DNA from: Bispira polyomma
Taxonomy: Eukaryota
DNA length: 64,000 nucleotides
NCBI GenBank assembly: GCA_965649765.1
Contig: OZ287750.1
Span: 14,198,001-14,262,000 of the forward strand
Direction of reading: 5' to 3'
The translations under genes were made by a program, and so were the position numbers. Below the pieces are notes generated by a model, which was not told where the DNA came from, did not search any database, and saw only the letters and a list, made by a program, of their open reading frames with translations. Below are positions 38,496 through 51,157 of this stretch, one piece after another. How positions within the stretch are numbered: the first letter of the stretch is position 1; each line of letters begins with the position of its first letter.

Positions 38496-40594
38496 CTTAT
38501 CAAGTCATAGTGATCAAGGTTATTCTGACAAAAGTACTAGGTGGAGTGAAAACATAGTTTTCAATGATACAAAAAAGTATTAACCATGCATGTTTTACCA
38601 ACCTTTCAGGACAGTCTGACAGCTCTGTCAGCAAACAGGTAACCAAAGTGATTGCTAGGGGTAAATCACGTACCATTGTCCCTTCCCCTAGAATTGATGT
38701 GAAACCTGTCAGTAGGGGAAAAGCAACAAAAACTCGCAGTAATGGGGATGGGGGAAAAGGTGTGAAAACACACTATTATACAAAGCCTCCTCCTCTTTCA
38801 CACCTGCGAGAAGGTGCCAAAGATTTTGTCCCCACATACAATAGGTTCTCCCCTCTTTCTGTGGGTCATGGTGTAATTGACAATGGGACTATTCCCATAA
38901 CAAAACCTCTTGATACTGGGAAAGAAACAAAAGGCCTCAGCGAATGCAAAAGTAAGGGCTCACCCAAAACTGCCATAGGTAAAACAAGTACACTGGAGGC
39001 TGACAAATATGATCTAGAACTCCAACTTAGACGTAAACACAGGGACCTTATAAGGGATGCCCATAATGTCCCCATATTCCAGCAATGGAATTCACAGACA
39101 ACAGACAAGTATGGCTTTGTTCCATTAGGTGAAATTAAGGTCCCTCCGTCAGATAAAAGGGTTGCCTCACAGGCTACATTAATTGAGTTACATACTATTA
39201 TTAGTGCAGCTAAGTGTCCCAACTTTATAGGCCCTCAAATTGAGATTAAGTCAGAACTTAAACCAGATGTCTGGGAAAAATACCTCAAAAAGTATAATTA
39301 TTGGGATTCCCAACTACCCTTTTTAGTCAGATATGGTTTCCCCATGGACTTTAAGCGGGACAGTCCTCTCACCCATGTAGAACAAAACCACAGCTAAGCG
39401 GTAGATTTCCCTAGTGACATTGAGGCCTATTTGAAAGAGGAAATTAAATTTTGGGCTATGTTAGGACCGTTTGATAATGCTCCCATACAGAACCTCCATG
39501 TATCCCCATTTATGACGAGGGAAAAACCGGGGGCCCCTCACAGGCGTGTTATTATTGAATTAAGTTATCCACATGGTGAGTCAGTTAACACTTCTGTAGC
39601 AAAGGACAGATATTTAAACACACCTTTTGTACTCACACTTTCCATGATTGACACAGTAACCAGCAAAATTCAGCGCCTGGGTTGTGGTACTCACATATAT
39701 AAGATTGACGTTAGTCGGGCGTTCCGTCACGTAAAGATGGACCCCGCTGACTATCACATGCTAGGCCTCAAATTTGACAAATACTATGTAGACTCTTGCC
39801 TCCCCTTCGGATTTTGTCATGGGAGCGCCATTTTTCAATGCCTCAGCGACGGTGTCAGATACATTATGAAATCCCAGGGTTATGACGTCACTAACTACAT
39901 AGACGACGTAATCGGTTACGGTAACACTCAAGAGAGCAGACGTTCATTTGATACATTGTACCACTTGCACCAAGTTGTACCAAACGGGAACTCCAATCAC
40001 TTCTAGGTAAACTACTGTACGTTTCAAAGTGTGTCAGAGTATCATGTGTCTTCATAAACCGTATGTTAGACGTCCTTAGAGTAGCAGGTAATAGCAAAAA
40101 AATCACAGTCACAACTGAATTTAGACAAGATATCAACTGGTTTAATAAATTTCTGCCTGTGTTCAATGGCACTGCATTCTTCGACCATGACCCTACCACT
40201 GACTGCATCCAATTGGCTGCTTGTCTGGAAGGACTCTGGGGCAGGTGTAATGACCAAGTATATGAGTACTCCCTTCCCCTGGGCTACCTTGACCTTACTA
40301 TTGTGCATTTATAAATGCTCGACATATTAGTAGCTGTACGGGTCTGGAAGTCCCTATGGGCAGGCAAAAGACCAGTAATTCAGTGCGATTGCGTCTGGAA
40401 ATATATAACCCAAGACCATAATGCCTTGGTTTTCCAGACCCTCCTTTCACACTCCACTACCACCTAGTTGGGCTTATTTACATTTATTCCTTACTATATA
40501 TTATACAACTGTGAAATGTCTAAATAATAAATGTGTGGGGCCACCTTACCACTCTACTTTTAAACCTTGAACTTAATTCACAACTTGTTATCAA

Positions 40595-40790
40595 ATCTTA
40601 AGGATAACCTTAACAAAAAGTTGAGGTCACCTTAAATTCAAAATCTTACACACTTTAAGGTAGCCTCATTGTAATGTTAAGGCTACCTCACTTTTTCCAA
40701 AATTTTATGGTCACCTTAAGTTGTTCACAATTTAAGGTCACCTTATCTTTAACTTAACTTCTCGGTGCCTTAATTTAAGGTCACCTTATC
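40595..40790. repeat. Array of ~8 degenerate 13-bp palindromes (TAAGGTCACCTTA)
   Basis: Copies at ~40599, 40622, 40656, 40678, 40706, 40733, 40762 and 40776. Confidence 0.8.
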
Positions 40791-42759
40791 TCATCCACTT
40801 AAACTTGTAGTGCTAGGGTGGCCCCTTTACTCAGTATATGAATAAATGTTAGAGATTAATATAGTCATTAAAACTAATATCCCCACTTTGCCTCTTTTAT
40901 TGTGTTCCAAATCAACTCCCAACTTCACTGGTAGGGCACTGTGCCATTTTTTATATATTTTGAAACAGTATTTTAAAATGTGTACATCTCAGTAAGTATG
41001 GGACGGAATTTAATTTTGTGAACAGTTTCAGAAATTTTATAATTTACTCTTTATAGTCAAATGAATCTTAACATTTTAGCTTCCATAAAATGACATATAC
41101 TTGTCTTCAGCAAAAAGATGTAAAGCAGTATAATGTACGCATATAGTGCGAAGATATTTTCGTTCACGGCTTTATAATTTTAAAATATTACCTTAAATAA
41201 ACAGTTCTTTTAGAAATGTTATTTTCGTGTTTTCCTATTCATCCTTTTATATAATGTGATCTTTCATTTTGAACCCAGAAGCAAAAATGCAGGGTTTCAA
41301 AGTAGTAAACTGCCATTTAGCAGAAAAGATTATACCTTCAAAGGCAGACAATGGAATGACCTTACTGGACGTTGCAAGTTTGTGTGCAATTTCGGGATTA
41401 CAAAATTAAGCTCTTCTTTAACCCTAAAACTATAAATATTCCTTAATTATTTAATAATTTGCATTTAATATGTTAACTACTCACAATAGCTCAAATATGA
41501 AAGCATATATTCTGAAGCAAATGTATGTTATCGCTTTACTTATTTAGAACTACTAGCATTTTAAAATTGCATACTGCCATTCCTGGTTTTCTGTTTTAAT
41601 CAGTACATTTATCTCCAGTATACGTCTTTGTGGAAATAAATTAGCAAGAAGTATTGATCGTTTCACTGCGCATGCTTGGAAGATCATGTGACCTTACTAT
41701 GTACTCCAAGTTTCATTCACAAAAACAACGAAAACTATCCATGAATGAACCAGCTGATGAAATTGTTCTAGAAACCGAGAAACCGGAAAAGGGCAGTAAT
41801 AGACCCTTCAATCAAAGCTCACGATCCCTAAACAGAAAATGACTATTTCTCACTTATTTCTAGCTATATTGACACCAAATTAAAAATGGACCGTCACTGG
41901 AACATACGCCATATGTATGCCAAATATAAAAGCTGTAATCCTTACGAGTTCGGAGATTACCCTGTACATATATTTGCCATGTGTAACTAAGGGTTTACCC
42001 CTATATGTCCCCCTTTTTCCCCAGGAAAGCACGATTATACCAATAATCATGCAAAAACTGGTCACTTTTGTTGATGATTCATGATCATACAAGTATGAAA
42101 ACAGTTATCACATTATGATTCTAAATATTTATGTTAAAGTCCTATGTAAACCTTCTGTGCTGTGTATCTTAAGTTCGAAATCAGATAAGATAAATATATT
42201 AAAATATATTCCTTAAGAACTTTACTTGTAATATATTTTTTAGAATTGTCACGTTATCACTAAATTTTATACTGTAAGACTGTAAGAAGAAGTTATTCAT
42301 TCCATATTGGGGATCGTTCGTATTTAGCACAGATGGGTCTTTCAGATTCTGATGAATATATTAGAATACCTAAGATTTATTACATAAGATGTTGTTATTG
42401 TTTCTCGTGGGGGATACCTTGCTCATTTTGGCGAGTGAAACTCTACCTAAATTATGTAAAAATTATTAAAGAATGTAATTATAACATTAATATTTTTCAG
42501 TTTAATAAATTGGCTATTCAGTTTGTCACAGTTATTTGTGAACTCTTGTAAGTATATACTCTGGAACTCTGAATAGCTCTAAATATATTATATGTACATG
42601 GGTTTGTGACACAATTCATGTGTGTGATGCTAAATCACATCATCACATGTGCATAGTATTGAAATCTGTCATAAATAACTGACCTAGTAAAATATATCTG
42701 ACTGACTCTTAAGTAGTTGATTACTAAGTACTTGGTCAAATTGATGAAAGTATAATTGC

Positions 42760-43070
42760 TTGTTGTAACATAATAATGTCAGATATAAATCTCACAGGTA
42801 ACGTGTGATGTATAATAGATGTTACAGCATAGTAATGTGAGATATAAATGTCACAAGTATTGTGTGATGTATAATAGATGTTGTAACATAGTAATGTCAG
42901 ATATAAATCTCGCAGTTAATGTGTGATGTATAATAGATGTTGTAACATAGTAATGTCAGATATAAATCTCACAGTTAATGTGTGATGTAGAATAGATGTT
43001 GTAACATAGTAATGCCAGATATATATCTCACAGTTAATGTGTGATGTATAATAAACGTTGTAACATAGTA
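42760..43070. repeat. 59-bp minisatellite, paralogous array (~5 units)
   Basis: Same unit as 12490-13635. Upstream flank 42360-42760 is homologous to 12040-12490. Confidence 0.93.
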
Positions 43071-43902
43071 TGGTATTCACAGCACCAGAAATAAGCACTC
43101 ATAGAAGAAGGCACATACTCTTTGCTACTGACAAGATGCTGCAACTGCTGGCCACTTGAAAATATTGGTTCCATTTTGACAATCCTTGTTTTCATAAAAA
43201 GTGATTGGGATATCAAGCAAGTGCCCATGTTGTTTGCCATTATGTCTGGTAAAAAGACTATCACACTCTACTCAAATCAGTCAAGTAGCTTCTCCCAGAG
43301 GTCATTTTAATCAAAAGGGTTATAATTGACCCTATACAGTCCGACACGTGTTTCATAATATTGACATCAAAGGGTCCAACTTTTACTAGAATCAGACAAA
43401 TTCATATTTTTATGATGATCCCACATATATTTATTGCAGGGAGTTAATTGCCCTGGCTCTGATTCCAGCTAAAAATATCAATCCAATGTTCAACACCATC
43501 CAAAAATGGCTGTCACAGAGACTTCTGTCAGAGAAAATTGTGTCAGTACATCCGAAACACATGGATTGACAGCTTAGTTTGACCCAGCTACTGGATTGTA
43601 TTCCTTGAAAGAACCAGGACGAATAATGACTAAGAGGGCTGACACAACAGACTGAAATCTGCAATTGAATTATTGATTGAACAATTGTTCAAAGAGGCAA
43701 AATGTCTTACTATCTAGGCTAAACAGATAGGCCAAACATGGAAATCTGTGATTGAACTATTGATTACACTATTGTTCAAAACAGGCATGATTCGTTACCA
43801 TCCAGGCAAAACTGGCTTCTCAAAATAAACTCAAGAGGTAACAGACCAAGAAATATACTCATCACTGGAAAATAAAATTTTTCTTCTGAATAGGAAAAAT
43901 TT

Positions 43903-44990
43903 AACAAGAGGAAAATGGCCTGGCGGCAATATCATGATAATGCCATTACAAAGCAAGTTAATGACGAGTCTGGAGATAGTGAACCAGTCACTAGTCTGCG
44001 GTCAAAATGGATTTCCAGAACCATCTACTGTGGGTACCCAGTTAGGTAAACCAAAGGCAAAATTCAAAGTAAAATCTAAAACATATGTATAAACAACCTA
44101 ATTGCATTAAAAGATGTTCTGATAACTTATTTGTCACATGAGTTTGCTTTAAACCTGATAAAAACGATTTTTTATATATTTTGGTAGCTCACATAACTTG
44201 GTTTGTTTACCTACAAAATTATCGGGTTTTTCGACAGCTCTCGAAACGACCGAACCATAATCAATTTTTTTGTTTTAATTTTCAGCTGTAAGAGCTTGAA
44301 AACATCCAAAATTAGTCCGGAGATAGCGAACCACTAGTTAGCAGTCAAATGCATTCTGTCTTCAGTGGGCGGTAATAGATATCAGCGGTGATAGTAAAGA
44401 AATTAAAATGTAGTTTATCCTGAAAAAAAGCTGGTATAACTTAAAATAAGTAAAACTAGACCTAGCGCATTGGAAAACCGATGCATATTTGTATCCACCA
44501 GAAAGACGAAGCACCCTAGGTACGAAGCACCCTAGCTAGCACCAAAGCTATAGCTACCCTCATTTGACCTTTAAGGAGAGGCCTAAGGGTAAATATGACC
44601 AGATTAGAAGATTCCCAGCCCGTGATTACCTATAGGTTGCTTTGACATTGCAAACCTCTAGGACCAATAATAAGTGAGTTATAAGCACTTTTAAGTTTGG
44701 CTATTCTCGTTTGACTTTGAATGAGGGGCACAACGTCAAACCTGACCACATCAGAAGATTCCCAGCTCATAATTTTCTACAGGTTGGCTTCACATGCCAA
44801 ACCTCTAGGACCACACCCCAAACCTGTAGGAGCAATAATAAGCGAGTTATAAGCACTTTTAAATTTGACTACCCTTGTTTGACCTTGAAGGAGGGGCCCA
44901 AGGTTAAATGTGACCACATTAGAAGATTTCCAGCCAATGATTTCCTTAGGTTGGTTTGCAATTAGCCCATATGGTTTATTTATATTGTGA
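43903..44990. mobile_element. Non-autonomous repeat (possibly Helitron/Helentron-associated) with an internal ~147-bp tandem repeat
   Basis: Start AACAAGAGGAAAATGGCCTGGCGGCAATATCATGATAATGCC is shared with ~35480-35570. About 2.6 tandem units start TTTGACCTT at 44563, 44710 and 44878. Confidence 0.45.
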
Positions 44991-47364
44991 CACATATAGC
45001 TTCTGTAATTTTTATCCTTTAAAATACTCCAGTTAACCTGTATGCAATATATTGGGTTTACCCTATTTTTTTTCTGAGCTTCATACAGTAAGGAATCTAA
45101 AATTTGCTCCTGTATCTAAATTTCACCATCCCTAAAATTAAAGCCAAATATATAAAAAACTGGCTAAAATAATTGGTAAGGAAGGCAAATTAGTCATAAA
45201 AATATCAATTAAAGCAAGATATTACCCACAATTTCACACAAAACACAACATTTTCTAGGTGGCAAATTCAGATGGTGGCAAATTTTATATTCCTTACAGC
45301 CACAACCACCCATCAACCAAAGCATGTATATATATATATGTTATATATCTTCCCAAACCGAATGTTTGTCATTTATATATATTCCTTTTGAAATGGGTGG
45401 TAATGGACCCTTCAATCAAATCTGAAGATCCCAATATTTAAAACTTGGATAACTTCTACTATACCGCATACAATCACCCCAAAATAATTTTGGACCAACC
45501 AGATACAAAAGAGTGTATATATACCAAATTTAAGAACACAACTCCATACAGATTCAGAGATTACCCTGTTGACAGGATGTTGCCATGTGTAACCAAGGTT
45601 CTACCCCTATATTCACCAACCTCTTTCTCCAGGATAGCATGATTATGCCAATAAGCATTAGCATAATCATGCAAAAACAGAGAAAATACATTAAAACAGA
45701 TACACTTGTTTACTATAATGCCCCCATTATAAATAGCATGTGTGAACATTTACTAACAGGTGAAAATCATGCTGGCTCAAATGAGAGTAACCCAGAGTGA
45801 GATGCTATATGTAAACTGATTCAATCAACTAAAACATTTTGTGTTGGTGTTGCTGTGATTAAGTATTTTTATATATCTTCAATAAATAAATATTCGCCAT
45901 TTCTTTAAAGATATTGAATTACCTCAATATCAATTCGTCTTTTAGGTGAAGTGAACAAGTACTAATCAGCCTCGATGGCAATTCATTGTGGCCGCCCATC
46001 AACATTTTTTCGAAAAAAAAACAGATAGTCCCACCTTCGGTGAAACATTCTCCAAACCAGGAAAAGAGCTGTGACATAGTTGGCTTTGAGTTTCATTTAT
46101 TTTAATGGGTGAAAAAGAGTGAAAAGATTCTCTAGACAAGGAAATTCTCTAAGAGCAACAAAAAACCAATCAGGTTTGAGTTCTATCTTTTTTATAAAGG
46201 CAAAAAGTTTCCCAACTGTATAGGGTGAATCTTGGCTTACTAGTTTATGCTGAAAGCGTGCTGAATATGGCTCATTCAGAAGAAAGTGGAATCATACATA
46301 GACAATATTTTGTTAAAATAAAGTCCAGAATACACATACTTTTTTAGGTGAATGATGGACAGCACTTCCAGCAGAAGGAAGTACAGGCTTATATTTCTAT
46401 TACAAGGACAATATGGTACTGTAATGTATTTTTTATTTATAACGTTCCTTATTGATGTAAGGCATCTTCTAAAGTGCAACAACAGAATCATTAAACCAAT
46501 TGAGAAGTCCAAAAAATCACAAGGAAGGATGTGAGGGTGTACAGGGAAGAAACTCAGAGGGTAAGTGAATTTGAAGAGGTCGTTTTTAGGTTTTCTGTAT
46601 TTAAACTGTATTTCCTTAAATGTCACACTCTTGGTACCACACAAAAATGTTTTTCTTTAGTTTGGAGGCTATTTTCTATCTTGTTTTGCCATCTTGGCAT
46701 CCATTATTCTCCCAAACAATGTTCTGGTAGAACGTGCACACAATTTGGATTTTCTTCAAGATTTACTATTTTTATTCTTACACATTTTATCACTGAGCAA
46801 TTTTAACAAAAAATACAATAAACAAATAATACACACAAATATCACAATTAAACAAAGGAACAAACACAATAGATGATACAAATTTTAACATGACACGGCT
46901 GTGTCCACGATTCTGATGGGTCGACAGCCTCGCTATAATTCTACACATTATCATGGCTGTTCTATCAGTTCAACTGCAAACGTAATTAAGATGTAACAGC
47001 TTATGTTTATCACCAAAATATATGTTCATTTAAAAAAATTGAAGGCACGTTTCCCTTGAATCATGGTAAAATTCCGTGTATACCATGCTTTCTGGAGTGT
47101 TATTCCTATATTACAGCACACACTTGCCGTTTTATTTTTGAAACAATGTGATGTTAGAAATATTCAATTATTTTTATATATGTCTTTATAATTACTTCTG
47201 TAGAGTACAGCTGCATTAATATTTTTTTAGCACAAATAATGTACTTCCAGGGCAGTAGACTTGTTGCAGGCCAGTGGTTTGCAGTGCCGAAAAAAACTGG
47301 ACCAACTACATTGTACTGCCTTCCCCCACCAATAAACTTCCTGTCACGATAGAGTGCAAAATCA

Positions 47365-47616
47365 GGGGCCACGGTGGCCTAGTGGTTAGCAAGCATTGCG
47401 CTTCACAATCACTGGTGTCTCACCTCTAGGCGGCGTGAGTTCGAATCCTGTCAATGCCTATGTGGGAAAGGTGGTAGTTCCTTACTGTCAGCCGATGTTT
47501 CAGTGCAGAACCTTGACCGACTGTATGCAGTGTTTCCTCCAGCGTTTCCAACTACCCGTCCCAATATAACCTACTAAAAGGTACTAGAGTGGACGTTAAA
47601 TATCCAAATTCAAATC
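47365..47616 (+). mobile_element. tRNA-derived SINE (same family as 4840-5097)
   Basis: A box TGGCCTAGTGG, B box GTTCGAATCC, tail CAAATTCAAATC. 14-bp TSD AGAGTG(C/T)AAAATCA (47351-47364 / 47617-47630). Empty paralogous site at ~30404. Confidence 0.9.
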
Positions 47617-50600
47617 AGAGTGTAAAATCATATTTGTTCCCTTTACGTCATTCATACAATCAATATTTTGCCTGATGAACCTACCTATAAAACAAGGTAT
47701 CTACAATGAGAAAAGATGAAGGTAAAACAGCACAGAGGCTTAAACTCACACAAAGGCATCATCACTACACAATTTGCACGTTTTTTTCTGGGACACAGAT
47801 ATATAGTCATTCAGCACTAATGTCATTATACCTGCAATTAATGGGCTAAATGGCATCAGAATAATAAATTTATACCCCCTCAATGCAGTGTTTGCGCACA
47901 AAAGCTCATGTTTTTGCAATTTTCGTTCTACAATTTATTTCCCATTATTGTATTAAAGCTTACGCTTCCATGTTACTGGTGATATATGTGCCGATCATAT
48001 AAATAATTTGTCACACAACGGCTGATTTATGCTTTCATGCAGCAGATAAAAACTATGTTTCTGTCAAGTTTCATTAGAATCACACTTTGAAAATAAATAT
48101 TTCAGACCACAAAACTTGCCAGATGTACCGATTATTTGCTCCCTGACCGTAAAAATCTGAAGTGTCTGCATTGCAACTATTGGGATAAAAATAAATTGTC
48201 TGTTATACATCTGACACATGGAAGTGTAGGCTTAGTGAACTAATTGGGTACAATAAATGTTTTTATGTTTCAACTGATTCTTCACTCTTATTAATCCTGT
48301 ATGATAATTGTAGTATCATGTGTGTAGTGGACCAACAACTCGGTCAGTCAGGTGTAAACAGCTGAGAAGGTCGTTAAAATACTTTATCACCACCTAATAG
48401 AGATTCTACTATAGCTGAACATAAAAAAACCAAACACCACCATTGGTAGAAATGCTACCTATTATATTATTTTAATGAACTATACTCTCTGCATTACTCT
48501 AATGGCAGAACCTTTACAAAAAGAATAGTCTGATAGGATTTGTAATTATATGTACTTCGGTTTTACGTCATTTAGCAACCGTTTAGGTAATATAACAAGA
48601 AGCCAGATTTAATGGCGGAAGAAACCAGTAAATCACCGACCTTGCCTTAAAGCATGGACTGCTAAAGACTAGGCCACTGATATGAGGAAAGGTTCGTTGT
48701 ACGAGAAAAATTAAGATGAGATAAATTAGAGATATCATTAATGTGACATTTTATAGACTGAAACCATGGATGCCCTGCAGAGATGCCAATTTAACAATAT
48801 TTGCAGTCACTCATTAGGAGTACTACCAGACTTCTATTTTCACATGGAATTTATGCCTTGTCATTGTTATGGGGCGATATTTTTCTCTCAGATAATAGTG
48901 GTTGACTGCTTTAATTTATTCTTTGCATTTAAATCACAATTAACACTAAACTAAAGTTTTAGCAATGCCATTAAGACTAGATAAAAAGCTCAGATCAAGA
49001 TGTTACAGTTTACAATAAGACTTAGCTAGGATCTTTCGTGCATATCACCCAGGCTGAAGTATTTTGCAATTAACTATACATAAAAGTATATATGTAGATA
49101 TGTTTGAGAAGGATTTGGAATGTAAATAAATGTATATATACTTTAGTCAAGACAACCACTGGAAGCCCCCACCCCACCAAGTCCAAGGATATATCGTAAA
49201 AAGGCATGCATGCGGTTACTGTTTTATTATATATTCAGCACCTGCTGAATGGAATAGTTTCCCAGCCAGTCTTCGTTCTGAGACAAGGATTATAGGTTTT
49301 CCCAATACCCCTTATCTGTATCAACTATCTGAAGAGAGAGATTTGAGGATGACCATTTATTAATGTCCCTAAAGATCTTTTGACTATCACCTGGGATATG
49401 ACCTAATGACAGTTGGCAGTCATTTTAAGTGGTCATTCGAGCCACTAAGCAACCATGTGTACACCATGCTTAAGGATGTTATCCCACAAATAAAACTATT
49501 GGTCAGTATCAGGATTTGAACCCAAAACCTTCTGATCACCAGACCAACTCCACAGGGGATATACACCACTGAAGATCGTAAGTTACATAATACTACATAC
49601 TACTGCTATATATTTACACATCATGCACAGTTACACAGGGTTATACATGCTCTTTATTATAATTTACATTTAGACTCTTTTTTAAGTTTCTATTTTCTAT
49701 AATGTTTTTTCTTTTTGTTTATTTTTTTCCATGACATATACATTAGCACAATTCACAAAAACACACTGTTACAATACAATGAAGACAAAAAACAAATAAA
49801 ACAAGATACAAAGACCCCCTTCCCCCCAAAAAAATACAACACCCCCCACACACACACCTGACACTTGGACAAACTGTATATATTTTCTATAATGTTATTT
49901 ACAATAGCAGTATACAAAATAATCTGATACATAACAATACACAAAACTAAAGATTACAAAATACACAAAAGTACAGTCACAAATACACACAAATTATATT
50001 TTAGTAAACCTTAAACTTAGCCACCATTATAAGGTGACCTTAATGAAGTATGAGATTACTTTAGCACTATATTAAATATTTAACACCAGTCACATTCTTA
50101 CGGTGACCCTGACCACAAGTCTGTGTGTGTGATGTTTAAAATTAGACTAACAACGATACATTTGAAAAGACATTACAAATGTTCATCAAAATAATTCTCA
50201 AAGCATGACAACCAATTTCAATAAATTCTGGTGTAGTTATTTAGAAATGTAATTGTAAAAGTGTGTATGTATCACTTAAAGAGTTGACCTATTGAAGCAG
50301 CAAGAACATGTTGAGACTTTTGTGTTATCCAGACATTACACCTTTGCGAGACAATCACTGTCTTATGGGTGTATTTGTTTCTTTATCGTCAGACTTTAAT
50401 GATGCACCAAAAGGCTCCGGGTAGGGATAAGGTGGGTAAGCAATATGGGAAAAATAATTTTTCATTTTGCTCAAAAAAGATTGAAGTATCTTCGAGGAAT
50501 TTAACTGCTGTATTTTAACGTTAATGTCAGTGTTAGAGTACATATTTGCACATTGGTACGTGACTTTTTACAATGGTCTGCTATAACTAATTCATTAATG

Positions 50601-51157
50601 ATTGGCTGCAATTGTCTTTTTGGGATCAATGTTCTACTCAGGGTTGTATTCATCCCTTCGTGTTTGCAGAGGGGAGAGTAAGGTAACCAAAATATGCTTT
50701 CTGAATGAAGTCCATTTTTGTTAAATTTTACCTTTATTTGGTGGTTTATAAAGGTCATGATGTAATCTAGTTGCAGTTAATTTTACTCAATATACTGTAG
50801 TTCTAGTAAGGGTTTTTCTACAAATACAACTGGTATGGTGATGTATGAATTAAAGGCTTAAGTCATGTACACTACCGTACAAAAAAAGTCATTGCATCAA
50901 AAGAGGGAGTATAACAGCCACTTTACAAAGCTTTTCTCTTTGTTAGTGTGTTAGGGAAGCCGGAATGTAGTAAAGGGATGTAAAATCAGTATATTTGATG
51001 ATTGTTAAGTATAAATTATACATTGATCCTCAATCGCAGGCTACATAGTTTAATAAATAAACTGTAGTTTTAATAAACTGAATGGAATATTACTCGTGGG
51101 GAAATCTGTGAACATTTATTTGATTACCACAATTTGTACAAGCCAGTATTGAAAGCA

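Larger units (their letters stand above)
36930..40945 (+). mobile_element. Tyrosine-recombinase retrotransposon copy 2, internally deleted
   Basis: gag from ATG 37311 (MAPRKTYDCLKCGTNH...) to TAA 38473. RT with KIDVSRAFRH, CLPFG, YIDD. Partial RNase H joined directly to the last YR residues (DCVWKYI). 3' end TGGTAGGGCACTG like copy 1. Short inverted match GTGGGGATAT / ATATCCCCAC. Left boundary approximate. Confidence 0.87.

Noticed and set aside
40595-40790. CRISPR-like appearance of palindromic repeats with unique spacers
   Set aside because: Repeats are only 13 bp, degenerate and irregularly spaced, the context is eukaryotic, and there are no cas genes.
47365-47460. tRNA gene
   Set aside because: A/B boxes are present, but the spacing is extended, no cloverleaf is evident, and the sequence continues into a SINE body with tail and TSD.
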